Position numbers and translations under genes: made by a program. This document shows positions 50,378-63,235 of a DNA stretch of 64,000 nucleotides, in pieces. The DNA is from Bigelowiella natans CCMP2755 (taxonomy: Eukaryota; Protista; Cercozoa). Where the stretch lies: the NCBI GenBank assembly GCA_000320545.1, contig ADNK01001509.1:1-64000 (forward strand). Reading direction: 5' to 3'. The notes under the pieces are model-generated. The model saw only the letters and a program-made list of their open reading frames with translations, did not search any database and had not been told where the DNA came from. The first letter of the stretch is position 1, and every line of letters starts with the position of its first letter.

Positions 50378-52548
50378 GCTCCTACAACTGCTCCTACGGC
50401 TTCTTCTACCACTGGCACTGCTGCGAAAGCGAAGAAGGACAAAGGACAGCGGGGAACGAATATAGGAGACCCTAGTCCCTCGTTGCCCCCTTCCAACAAT
50501 CACGCTCCTTCTATTCGCAGGGAAGGATCCTCGAGGCCATCGCCATCATTGCCGAGGAAGGTTACAATAACACGTATTGCTCCTCATTATCAATGGTAGC
50601 GGTCTATATTTGAGTGCAGCATGATCTGGGTATTTATCGCCCTTCCCTCCCTGTCCTCCTCTTACGTCATTTATTCTCCTCCCCCTCCTCTTCCTTACAG
50701 ATCGTGATACCTAGGAAGAGAGACAAGCCTCGTCAGCTGAAGAGGAACAAGGTAAAAGTTGCTAGAACGACAATACCAATCAAGATGATGAAAGCATATC
50801 ACCGGAGCGACGATGATTTGGCAAGCAGCAGCAGCAGAAGTAGTTCAAACAGTAGCAGCAGCGATGACGAGAGGCCGTTAAACCCTTTCGCAAAGAAAAA
50901 AAATGTGATAAGGACCAATAACAGGGAGAGCCGCAGCGGTAGCAGCGCCACTCTAAAAAGAAAGTCGCAGAGTCATGCTGAACATCGTTCTCGCGCCGCA
51001 ACTGCTTCTTTAAAGAGGAGCAAACGTCCAAAACCTCGCATACCTTCAGTCACTAGTGTTGCAGCTCCGCTTAAGAGAAAGAGTACTGGCAGCAATGGTG
51101 CGGCATCGCTCTCCTCCCATCCACCCGTGGCCAAACGGGCGAATACGACAACTACTGCGACTACTGAGCTAGTTCAGAGGCCTGGCAGTAACAGAGCCAA
51201 AGACAGCAACCTTGCTACCAAGCGGAAAGAAGGAAACAAGAGCGTCAGTGTTTCTCGCAATGGAATGAAACTCAGGCTTTCCTTCCGCTCGACTTCAAGA
51301 AAGACCACTACCACCCCTAAGGATACCACCACGACAGCTACAACCACCATAGGTGATGCTGCTGCTCCTGCATTAAACGCGACGCTGGCATCGAATAAAG
51401 GGGCGGAAGTTGGAGCAGCAACGGAATTACTGGTATTATCATCATCGTTATCACAATAATAATGGCAGCGAAGGCGGTCATCCTTGTCATGACGTTTTAC
51501 TCTAATACCTCAGAATAATTCCCCAGCAGATGGTATGCCACTCCCACCCACTACGTCTTCTAACCCGGTATGTAGTCAATCAATATAACAGAGAAGCTGG
51601 CTCAATTCTCATATTGTCGTGATCTTCCTATTAATCAATAATCAGAGAATAGACCTCACCCTCGGAGCCAATTCCAAGGAAGAAGCGCGACAAAATAAAG
51701 TGGAGGCGCAGAATTGCAAGGAAACATCGACAGAACCCAGGGAAGGAGGCGGTACAGAGAATCAAGATGAGAAGGACATCGTATCTCTCCTCGTCTTTCA
51801 CTTGGTTCCCAGAATCGGACTAACGTTCGAAAAGGTGTTTCCTGGGTATGGCAAAAGGGCTTTTTTGGGCAAGATTGTTCATGTATCGAAGCAGAAGGGA
51901 AATAAGAAGCCCAAGAAAAAAAAGACAAAAGTTGGGTTGAAGTGGGATGTACGATTTGATGACAACACCATTGTCGAGTTTACGCATTTAAGAATTAAGG
52001 CCGAGTTGAAGAAAAAAGCGAGGCAAATCGCGAAAGACAGAGGGTATAAGGGGCGTGACTTGAAACAGCTCATGGACAACGCGCTAAAGCAAGCTGAGTT
52101 GGAAGAAGCAGGATATGATCCAATGAACCAAGCAAAAAATGCGGTAACAACCACTTTCAATTACTTTTTAATGCTCCTAACTTTAAGGCTCCTGTAGGTG
52201 AAGCAGTGGGTGCAATGCGATAAGTGCGAGAAATGGAGAGAAGTCGCAATTCTACCGCAGGACGACGAGAAGTATGAAAGCATTTTTAGCCTTGACAAAC
52301 ACTACTTTACGAATTGATTGTGGTGTTTGTGTGTGTGTAATGCCATAAGGTGGGAGTGCTCGTTACTACCGGACATGTCCTGTAGTGTTCCTGAAGATAG
52401 CAGTCATTTGGTAATATACTTATTTTCCCAATATTCTTTTGACAAAAAGTTCGAATTTCAAAACCAATTATGCTGAAGTTCTATAAATTGGAATTGTTTA
52501 CAGTTGCCCGGTCTATTTGTGGTGGAGAGCAAGGCGGCTTTAGAATAA
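48278..52548 (+). CDS. Low-complexity nuclear protein with C-terminal CW-type zinc finger and a possible helical TFIIS-N-like N-terminus
   Basis: QWVQCDKCEKWREV...|WECSLLPDMSCSVPED (zf-CW); basic Ser/Thr-rich exons 50701-51459; Tudor-like KVFPGYG...FLGKIV...WDVRFDD segment; 5' exons MDYNRNN...TEEMLKRM...DLGGLKLVEEWV are phase-consistent. Confidence 0.75.
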
Positions 52549-53449
52549 CATTTTCAGTCGTATCAATTCCACAATTTCGCATTGTCCACCCTACTCCATG
52601 AGAAATCACATGAAGGCGATAAAATTTGTTCAGTCATTCCGAAACATTTTCATGGCTCTTGTGCTTGCATGCTAGCATGGAGATGATGGCAACATTTGAA
52701 CTGTTAACATCGTGCACGTGCATGTACCTCGTTCAATGAAGTCGCTCATGATGTCTAGATGTGTGCTGTAGCTCGCTGCTAAGCTAGTAAGTGATTTTGT
52801 TCATTGCTTACTAGCTTGCATCATTGCATCATTGCACACTGCAAGGAGCGCATGAATTGCATTCATCAATCAAAACACAGGCTGAGTGTGCGGGCCTGAT
52901 GTGTCAATGTGATTTTGATTTTGTTGAGCGCTAGATCGAGCTGACAATGCCTAAACATGTTCTAGCGTGGTTTTTGACATGCTAGCATGCTAATGCTAGC
53001 ATGCATTGAACGACACCTGGAGGGCCCGGCTAGCCTGGCAGCTAAATCACAGACTAGCAACACTAGAATGCTTCGTTCTAGTTGTTCTTGAAATGTGAAC
53101 AACTCCAGTACTAAGTTCTGCTACCTAGCTACGGCACTGAATCCGCTTCATCTGATCATCATGTGCTACTCGGACTTGCATCGCAAATTACTCACTAGGA
53201 AATGATGACCCTAAATCTAGTAAATGACTTCTAGACGACTCACGTCAGCGCAAACAGAACGCTGGCCAGTATTTCGTCTGCCCAAGTGTTGAACGGCGAG
53301 CGATAAAGCGGTAACATGGTGTTGCGTGTGCTGATTAATTCAATTGTCGTGGATGCAAAGTCGGAATAATACGATTTTGTATTATTAGTTTTACATTGTT
53401 TGCGATTTATATGTTGTAATTATGTGAGAGGCAACTTTTAGCTAGCATT

Positions 53450-54268
53450 TTATGACAATCCAACAAGTTGTTTCGCAGCTGATTCCTCGCAGTCTGAGGC
53501 AGTAGATGGATATAGGAATTCAGGAAAAAAAAGGAAACCAAAATCTGGTCGGAAATAGCCAAATTTGAATCACTAGAACAGCATTGCACCTGATGGAGTT
53601 GAAGCATGAATATGTTTATCAATTCCCAGTTTTGACTTGATAGTGTTCGTAGTCGAGCCGTGAAGCATCTTTACACGGACACCGCAATCGTCTGGACACC
53701 AAGAAACGAGCACCAATTTGTTGAGTATGGACCCATCAGACTTCTTTGCCTGCACAACATAAATTAATCATTTCAGCAATGTATCGAAATTATGTTAGTG
53801 TTTTTACTTTATCCATACTTTCAACAACTTTAAAATATTTTTTTAGCACATCAAATGGTTTAGTTTTTACATCAAATATTTCTTGTTTTAATCGTGCAAG
53901 AGTATTTCTTTCCTCGTCTGTTTTTACTCTCTTACAGATTTTAAGAGTGATTTGATTAGGGAACATATCATGCATGTACCTCATAGTCAATTACTCCCCA
54001 CCCAGCATGTTTATCAACGCAGAGAGCTTTGATGAAATCATCATAAGTTGCATCAGGATTCTCTTTCTTGTCCCCTGACTTTTCGTCCATAATTACAACC
54101 TATGCAAATATTTATTCGTTACTTTGAAAGGATGGAATAGACATTGAAAATATTTTGTATGCGTACTTTTTCTTTCTTGATTTCGAAGAGCAGAAATTTG
54201 TGAGTGCGATTCTTTTTCATGGCTTCGAAGGTTTTGATGGCTGATGGAGTAACTTTGATTCCACTCAT
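53450..54268 (-). CDS. ADF: Actin depolymerizing factor / cofilin
   Basis: Four exons: MSGIKVTPSAIKTFEAMKKNRTHKFLLFEIKKEK|VVIMDEKSG...ATYDDFIKAL...WGVIDYE|AKKSDGSILNKLVLVSWCPDDCGVRVKMLHGST...HASTPS|DCEESAAKQLVGLS*. Confidence 0.95.
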
Positions 54269-54744
54269 GTTGCTTGATCTTCAAAGAATCTAAAAAAGCA
54301 TATCTCTTTCATTCTTTAAGAAAATACACATGATTCCAAAAGTCACGTGCATTGCTCAACTCATGAGATCAAGGAATGCAAACCAGGAGGGAGCCTGCCT
54401 TGTTGCTTTCAGATTTCTGCAATGAGTGGTGTAAGAATAATAACTCAATTTGCGATCCATTAGAACAAAAAAACGTAGGCCAATTTATCCAGAATTCTCC
54501 CACAAATTTGATGAATGTCATCAAATGTCGGTTCGCACGGAATATCTCGCAACCAAAGACATTTTGTTGCCGAATTATTTGTAGCATTTTGCGGAGAGTG
54601 ATTTCAATTTTTCGGAATGGAAAAATTGAGCTGCATTTCTCACCAAACCCGGGACCATTTGTCAGTCCTGTGCGACATGTTTGACGTTCGTTATTGTCAA
54701 ACTACAATGCAACTTGAAGTTACGTCATCAAAATACAAAAAGTA

Positions 54745-55642
54745 AACGGGCATTGTGACACTCATCAGCACAGTTGAAACATGAAATGCAGGCTGATTTG
54801 GAAGTGTGAAAATGCCTCAAAAGGATGACGTCGTCGTCGTGTGCCCGCCCGTGGTGATCATTTGACTTGTGTCGCACGAAGGTGTGGCAAGGATTTGTGC
54901 TGCATCATCAACCAACGACAAATGCAAGGAATCGTGGAATTTGCACAGCCTTCAATTGTTCTTCGGAGACCTCATTGACTGGGCAGACAAATCATTGTGC
55001 ACAGCGATCGTTTCAACTGTGAACTCTGTTGGAAATGCTTCGTGTGTCCGCTCATTGACACTCAATCAATCAATTTCCATCCAGTGCTGGCATTGAAAAA
55101 GCGTTGACACTTCCAGACTTTCACGTTTCACACATCGCAGCGAGCTCGCCAGCTCGTTCTCGCATTGACAATGTTCACAGACAGGTGACCTCTGGACCTT
55201 GCCCTCGCCCAGCCACAAAGCCAGACGCCGCCAGCTAGCCAGCCAAGGCCACTGGTGCTCGTGCCAGTGCTTCACGATGATCACGCTTGCACTTGCGCAC
55301 GTGAAACTGCCACACACAACTGCACCATCGCCGCTGCTCTGCCACACTCTGGCACTGCTAGCTGGCGAGCTAGCTAGCTGGACTGGCACGCTAGCACGTC
55401 TGGACGTGGACGTCCAGACGTCATTGCTCTCACATCCAACCGACAATGCTGGAATGACCCACGCAATGGAAGAGAATTGATCGAGACACAAACTGCATTC
55501 GTGGCAGAACGCTGTTCCAGACAACAAAATTTGATCATTTTGCGTCATTCGACGCTGCGCCATGCTAGCATGGACATCACACAAACTAGCAAGCATTGAG
55601 GGCCATCAATTCCGCAGCAATTTTGAACAAACTTGCCAAGGT
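54745..55642. other. TpA-depleted, CTAG-retaining intergenic island 3 (weaker tail to ~56090)
   Basis: Hand count: 7 TA in ~900 bp, all 7 within CTAG; the first ~490 bp contain no TA at all. No CCGG seen; CCAG, CTGG and CpG are frequent. Confidence 0.92.
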
Positions 55643-55989
55643 CTAAGAGGTCACTCTCTTTTCACAGGTTGAACGATCGATTTCGATGTTCAAATCTTGA
55701 AATGCTAGAATGCTTACAACACCAATGGATCATCTGGACATTGGCTTGAACAGTCCAGATGGTGCAAAGATTCATGTGAAAAGGAGTGTCTTTCAAAGAG
55801 GGGAACCGTCTGCAAGTCTTTGATGACAGTTAGTACAAATGTCGAAGTTGCAGCCTCTGCTCGGACACTGAACACATCAGCCATTGAATCACATGGAAAA
55901 CAAATGTTGTCATGACGTGTTCCCCGCAATTGCAAAAACCAGTCACATCTTGACAAATGCTCATGGTCATGAATGCAAATGTGAGCACA

Positions 55990-56037
<48 letters not shown>

Positions 56038-56759
56038 CGAAAGAAACTATTTTCACTCTCATGAGACAAATAAAGACAGTGTGATGACTAGAAAGATGTT
56101 CAGGCATAGCTAAATAAAGATGAAAGTAACCCTGAATGAGCATTCTCCACTTCCACAACCATCACAAAAATGGCCATACAAATTATCTGGAAACGGACTC
56201 TGCGTGTGTAGAACGTATGAACATATACACGTTCCATTATATGTAGTATGCAATTGATATATCAAGGAGAATGTGCCAACAGTCAAACACCACATGCGGA
56301 GCTTCGCACATATGACACAACAATGACAGCTTAGTTTAGCAGTTCATGAGACTCTCAACTGGAAATTTCAGAAAAGTCTTGCGTCATTAAAGTTTAATCA
56401 CTTAGTACGGGCTAATTACCAATTTCCCACCGCACGTGTTGCATTTCACAGCCTTGCTTTCAACCTGATAAAGAAAATATCATAGTGCACAATTCAAAAT
56501 CAGTGGGTGTGCGTTACGCGCGAATGGTGAAGATGAGAAGAAATAAATATGTGAAATTGAAAACCTTGGATTTATCGACTTCTCCATTGGTAATGCGCTG
56601 CATTAGATTGCGGATTCTGCCCACGGTCTTTCCGATCACAGGGGTCTCTAAGGTGATATATCACATGTTTGTAGTCTTAACTAAATACACATCCAAATAA
56701 ATATCTCTATTTATTGCTAGGTCCAAGATCTTCGAACATTATACAAATATTACATGTTC

Positions 56760-56950
56760 ATATAATTGTACGTACTATTTTTATGTATGCCAAAATTTTA
56801 AATAATGTTTTAAGGATATTGCCTCTCATCATATCTGCCTCCGACGCAAGACCGATCTGGTTGTGTTGATGGCGAGAGAAATACGGTAATAAATTATGTG
56901 TGAGTTCAGCGCTCAACGTGCTGCATTAGTACAATAGTTAATTATTCCAA

Positions 56951-56992
<42 letters not shown>

Positions 56993-59974
56993 TGAAGGGG
57001 ATCTAAAGGAGATAGATATGGAGAAAACTGATATCGGAGAAGTATACAATTTGTTTATTGACTTTTGTTAATCCATATATAACCTCAGGTCTGCTGAGGA
57101 GGAGGAGCGTTACTCGGGCGTCCTTGACTGCTCTCTCGCGCTCCTTTCAAAATATGCGAATGTAATCTTTACTAGAAATAGAGATGCTATGGTGTTGGTA
57201 AATGGTGGTTTTTTTTATTATGGTAGTGATACGAATCGAGTATAAACAAAGTGAAAAAGCTCAGGACTCATCTCCAAAAATAAACAATGAAAGAAACCTG
57301 CTGATCTTCCTCATCGTCGGTGTCTCTCCTGAGCTCCCTGTTATTCATTAGATTAGTGATTACTGCACGAGAAAATGGAAAAAACTTGGCTATCCAGCCA
57401 GACAGAGAGAGGGGCAAGAGAGAGGAGGCGGAGGAAGAGATGGAGGAAGTGAGAGCACCGTTTTAGCACCCGTTCCTGCTCGTTCAGTGTCTTTCGAAGC
57501 TTTAGCCGTTTCGTCACTCGCAGCTATAAATAAAAATATTGAAATTGCCACAAACATTGCATCATCGCCAAATCGTGTTCCGTTCCGAACGAATGCCGTA
57601 TGATTACATCCTAAGAACATGAGAATCTCCCTACCAATACACTCGTATGGGTGTAATGTAATGTATTAATGCTGCTACCTTGTGGATAAAGTCTCTAAGA
57701 ATGGCTTCATCCGAGCAAACTTTGTAGTCCTATGCACCAGTCGTCAATACACAACATCGATGTGATATTGGCAAAGTTTATCATCGTTGACTAAAAGTGC
57801 TTGCCTTACTATCAACACCCTATATTCTTCTCTCAACGCTTGCATCATCCTCGAAAACGACGGCATTGTTTTGTGTAATTCTATTATTGTCACTCAGTTC
57901 TCATTTAGAGGCTGCTTTTAGCAATTGTTCTGGATAAACCACCGATGATTTTGGCCCTATGGCGATCTTCAGCCATGCCGTGGGGCCAATATCACAGCAG
58001 GGTTATGCTTCATTTTTTTTTCTTTATATTGAACTATTATCATGTAATTATGTAGTAATTGGGATATATTAAAATACTGTCATCATCATCGTCATGATGG
58101 TCATCATGGCCATCATGGTCATCATCACGACACGGCTACGAATACCCTCACCCTCTGTATCCTTGGGTCCATAAGCAGCCCTGATGATGGTGTAATGGAC
58201 ATGCATTTATTTATAGAGTAAATATGTGTATGGGTGTATGATCGGGGCCATGTCTCTTATTCCTCTGAAAACAGATACTTTTCTTCTTTAAATCTACTAA
58301 TAAGCTTCCGTGGTGCAGAGCTCTCCCCCCTCTCCCTTCCTTCCCTCTAGACCGTCTTCACTAGAAGAGACATCACCTTTTATTTCGCACCAGTTGAGGG
58401 GGCATCTCCATTGACCGTTTTCAATGCATTCGTTTGAGTCGAACAGGCTGTGTGATGATGGAGAAGGGGGGGGAGGGGGGGGTAGGATACTAAGGAAGAA
58501 AGTATACACATAGGTGCATACACGTATACATTACCTTTATGTGCAGATCGAACCTATATTTTGTGTGTGTGTACTTACATGATGACAATTAGGATGCTTT
58601 TGTTTTTCAATTTAGATGCTGCTTTGTCCGATATTCTACTGCTTCTGATAATGCTGTAATACCTTTTAAGAGTAGAGACAAATCCCTCCGCAGCTCCATC
58701 TATTTCACTCTGATTTAGTAATGATGTATTCGTTGTTGTTGTAAGTGGCAATGGCGATGATATTCACAACCAAAACAACAACAACAATGATGATGATGAT
58801 GATGACGACGACGATGGATGTGGAAGAAATGAACGTTCGCACAAGAATTAGCACCTTTTGTGAGTCTCCGACAAGATGATGCTTCTTTGCTTTGTTCTGT
58901 TTCCTCTCAATACTGTTGCAATGCTGCTGACGTTGAGTCATATTCTTCCCTTGCTGCTGGTAGTGCATCTGCTGTTGTCCAAGCACAACGGATGATGCTG
59001 TGATGGCGCTCCCTACTTTATGCGCAAATGTAGGAATCATTTCAAGTTTAGGCTTATTAGAAATCATATGGAACGTGTGTGTGTTTGTGTGTGTGTGTGT
59101 GAGTGAACATGTGCGTGTGTTGATTCTAAGAAATCGACACCGTCGTTAGATCTTGCCGCCCCCGTAGAATCATCTTCTTCTGGCGCAAACATGCGAAGGA
59201 AATACCTGACAACAGCGAGGACCGCACACAACTTTGGACAAAAGCCAAGGAAACAAACACCAAGCGCACATGATAACGCAGGAGATACATCATGTACATA
59301 TGCGTGATTTGCTGTGTGTGAATCGCGTCTTGGTACGTACATTTCGCACATGAAGTTGATATTTGTGTAAATGTTTCGTATTTAAAGCTCTTCGGTTGAT
59401 TGCGACCTCTTGAGCTGCTGCTCCGAAGGCCTTCCAAATCGAGCCGAGAGTGACACTCGCCCCGGACGCAACAGCGCGTCCACACTAAAAAGATTAGTCC
59501 GCACGAGGGGGAGGGGTGAGGTTGGTTTTGTACTGTTCTTTCACCGTCAATATAATCATCATCGTCGTCGTCGTCTGTTAAAGTCATCATAGAAAGCATT
59601 TCTTCCATCTTTCATGCAAGGGATGTTGACAACATTGTATGTCATTCGAGCTTTGATAGTCGCATTGATGGAATATATGCAGGAAAGCAGGTTTAGCTTT
59701 CCGTCGGGTGTTAACGTTGACTCCCCGAAGGAGATGCAAGGAGCCAGATGAGGAGAGGAAGAAGCTCCTTTTTACGAATGGTATAGCAGTCAAAACTCAA
59801 ACCTTTTCTTATCTTGACGGAGGCGTCGGTAGCGATTCGTCGTAAGTATCATCAGAACTCTGCGTATGTAGAATCCAGCAGCGATTGTATCGCCGTCGAT
59901 GCATCCATTTAAGTGTTTTTCCAACACAGATTGTGCTTGTGTGCGAATATCAAATAACTAATATGTGTGCTCTT

Positions 59975-60014
<40 letters not shown>

Positions 60015-60208
60015 AACAAATGTGTCATTCATCAATCCCCCCCTCCTCCTCTCTCACCGTCTTAATGAAATATCGCTACCGTCGTTACCGACCCCTTATT
60101 ATGGGCTAATGCTCCATCAATCACGTTCAGAAGGCCTTTTGAGCAGCGTTGGCAGCGGAGTAGTATGCATCGTCAAAAACGTATCATGAACAAGAGCAGG
60201 AGTTAGTG

Positions 60209-60244
<36 letters not shown>

Positions 60245-60605
60245 AATGACTCAATTGGCCAACAACAAAGTCGGTTCCTACCACTAAAGGTTAAGTCCTT
60301 GTTCACGTTGGCCATTGATCTACCACGAAGAAAGCACAAAACAATCATTGAGCTGTCCTACCTCCCCCAGAGACAACATGGCGAGGAGGAAATCGCCAAG
60401 CGAAGTAGTATGTGAGAGGTTAGCAGTCAGTCACCGATTTGCCACGAAACGGTCGATATTTTTCAGTATGACTATGCTCTTCGGCGGCACGCTCTGCCCG
60501 TATAATATGCATATCAATGATGATTAGCCGTGCCAAGATTTGAGAGATGTGAACATTCATCCATGATTCCTTCCGAGCCATACCTCCCCACCATGTGCAA
60601 AAAGC

Positions 60606-60642
<37 letters not shown>

Positions 60643-60741
60643 TAGGGGTGTGTGTGCCCCCATTCGTCCAAACCCATACATACACCGAGGGAGGGAGGGA
60701 GAAAGGGGAGAAGAGAGAGAAAGAACAGAAAAGAGAAATGG

Positions 60742-60772
<31 letters not shown>

Positions 60773-61353
60773 TCCAAGCCCCGCCTCCTGCCTCCCTCCC
60801 TTCCCCCTTCTCCATTTTTGCTTGTTTGTATATCCTATTCCGCACCAGCAAATATGCAGGGAGGCGTTCATTCGTCATGAACCCTGCCGAAGGAGAGGGG
60901 CGGCGTGGTGATAGAGATAATTCCAGCAGCACAATCAAACAGATAAATCAATAGGGCCCCAGAACATATGGGTCCTGCCTATATTCAAGACACACTAACG
61001 GGGGAAAAGGGGGGGGGGGGGGGGGGGGGGGGTGATCCGACCGGAATTCGAAATATCAAGCACATATATCGGCACCTGATGAAGCATATACAGTCATTGA
61101 AAAATCTATATTAAGGTCTAGCAATCACGATGTCATAGCCGCATAGCAAATTTAATATCAAAAACAACAACAACAACAACAACGACAACGACAACGATTG
61201 TTGTGACTTCGAGAATCGATAGAGCTATAAATCTAGGATAGTGCACGAAAACTGGCGCGTCTTGTTACAGAATAATCGGATGGTAGATTTAGAATTACTT
61301 ACAAGAACACGACACTCACTAGCACTCAGAAACGAAAAGAAGAAATCTTCTTT

Positions 61354-61385
<32 letters not shown>

Positions 61386-62136
61386 ATTTGGCTGGCTGCT
61401 ACACGCGCTCGTACCCCGATAACTCCGGCTAGCAGTCTGGTAAAGAACCTGCAGTACCGTTCAATAGTAGTAGTAGTAGTAGTAGTAGAGAAAGATAAGA
61501 GAAAAAAAAGGAGGGGAATTCGAAGCAATAAGAGCAATAACAATGGCAAATATCGTGATTTTGTGTCTCGTCCGCTGGCTATTTTCCTTGGTCAGTGAAC
61601 ATTCTCTCCATCTCTTATTCGTTTTATCGGTTCCATCGTTAAATATTTGCCGCTCTCCTCACGTTTTTCCGCAGGATGGTTCTCCGTGAAGAAGGTAGCC
61701 CCTTCTGTAAGGAATGCCTCTTTGCCGGTACCTGATGCATATGTATTTAGATTTTTCACTGGTTGTTCTGGTGCTGATCAACAGCAGGCTGCGGCAGCAA
61801 ACGCTGCGGCATCAGAGAGGGGGGGGAGGACAACAAACATTTACCATTGTCGCGAGTTGAAGAACTCCGTCGCGTCCTCTAGCATATACCGCATCTGAGC
61901 GGCCTCCTGTTTGATGTCATCCTTTGCAGAGAGGGGTGAGGAGGGTCATTAGGCACACACACACACACACATAGGCACACACACATACACAAATCAGGGG
62001 TTCATAGGAAGGAAATAACACAGATAGTGGAGGGCATTTAAACCGAAAGAAATTAATAAAAATGAGTAGAGAAAGGGAAATGAAGAAGTGCAACAAGGCA
62101 GCAGAGAGTATCATATTTATGATTCGGTCTCTTTAT

Positions 62137-62174
<38 letters not shown>

Positions 62175-63202
62175 GGGAAAATGAAGTTGTGCTTCTGCAA
62201 GCGGTGGGGGACAGGAACATCTTTCACCCAATCTGTAGTAGAGCATGTGACAACAAGCAGTAGTCGCAAGTATAGAAGAAATAAAAAGAGCAAAAGAAGA
62301 AGAAGAAGAAGAAGCAATCAACAACACACTATTCATTGGCTAGATTATCACGACACACCATGCAATGAAAGCCTGATATGGTGATGATTGTCCCCCTCCC
62401 AAGACAAACGACATTTAAGGCCATAAAGATGGGCAGAGGAATCGAGATGAGTACACCGCTGATAGTAGAAAGTAGTAGCAGTTGTAGTGATAGTAACACC
62501 AGATAATTACTTTTCTCTATCTGACACAGCCGAAGAGTATCCGTCTCCTGTCGTCGCTTCTGGCAGTATTCTTTAAAGCACAAGTGCGTGTGGGAGAGCA
62601 GAATTGACATATGATGATGGGATGAGAGTGAATGAATGCGAGCGATATAATGATTTCCATAACCACCTTTCTACCATATTTTCCCTTCGCATTGATCACT
62701 CTCACGGATATGATGTGGTAATCTAAATAACTGAATGCTCTAATGTACCCTCGCGAGCATGAGCCAGGAGGTCTCGTAGGCATTCACCTGGTGAGGTAAA
62801 AGATGCTGATCATCATGATCATCATCATTAACATTATTATTATTATCATCAATATTATTATGGTTTTTTGTTATCTTCTGATGGAGTCTCCGGACCATCA
62901 TGATGATGAGCTTTTATGCCGTATATATCTAGCAAAAGTGTGCTGATACGCACACAGACGCATCTACACACGCACAATTTCTAAATCTTCACCGGCGGGT
63001 CGGCAGCCAAATGGGTGATAGTAAGAACCAGCGTATGTGTGTAGAATCACCTAGACAATAACATCAAAAACAACAACAACAACAACAACAACAAAAACAA
63101 CAACAGTTGAATTATTGGATTCGTGCGATTTTGCCATAGAGTTCTCTTGTTTTCTCCCTGTCCTTTCTTCTCTCCGTGGGGTGTGCGTGCGTTTTGTCGT
63201 TA

Positions 63203-63235
<33 letters not shown>

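Noticed and set aside
55066-55596. Long His/Cys-rich, Tyr-free ORFs in the islands (also 38879-39583 and 1190-1725)
   Set aside because: By-product of TA depletion, which removes TAA, most TAG and all Tyr codons. They overlap in several frames on both strands and show no motifs.
1095-55642. Apparent ~13-kb periodicity of CTAG-rich zones
   Set aside because: Only some intervals fit, there are too few points, and the spacing can be explained by gene lengths.
56485-57330. Possible plus-strand multi-exon gene
   Set aside because: Phases are inconsistent, and the same DNA is better explained by minus-strand 3' exons of the BCS1-like gene.
58297-58509. SP-RING-like FD...WRCP motif
   Set aside because: Other zinc ligands are missing, and the exon fits in phase into the BCS1-like C-terminal region.
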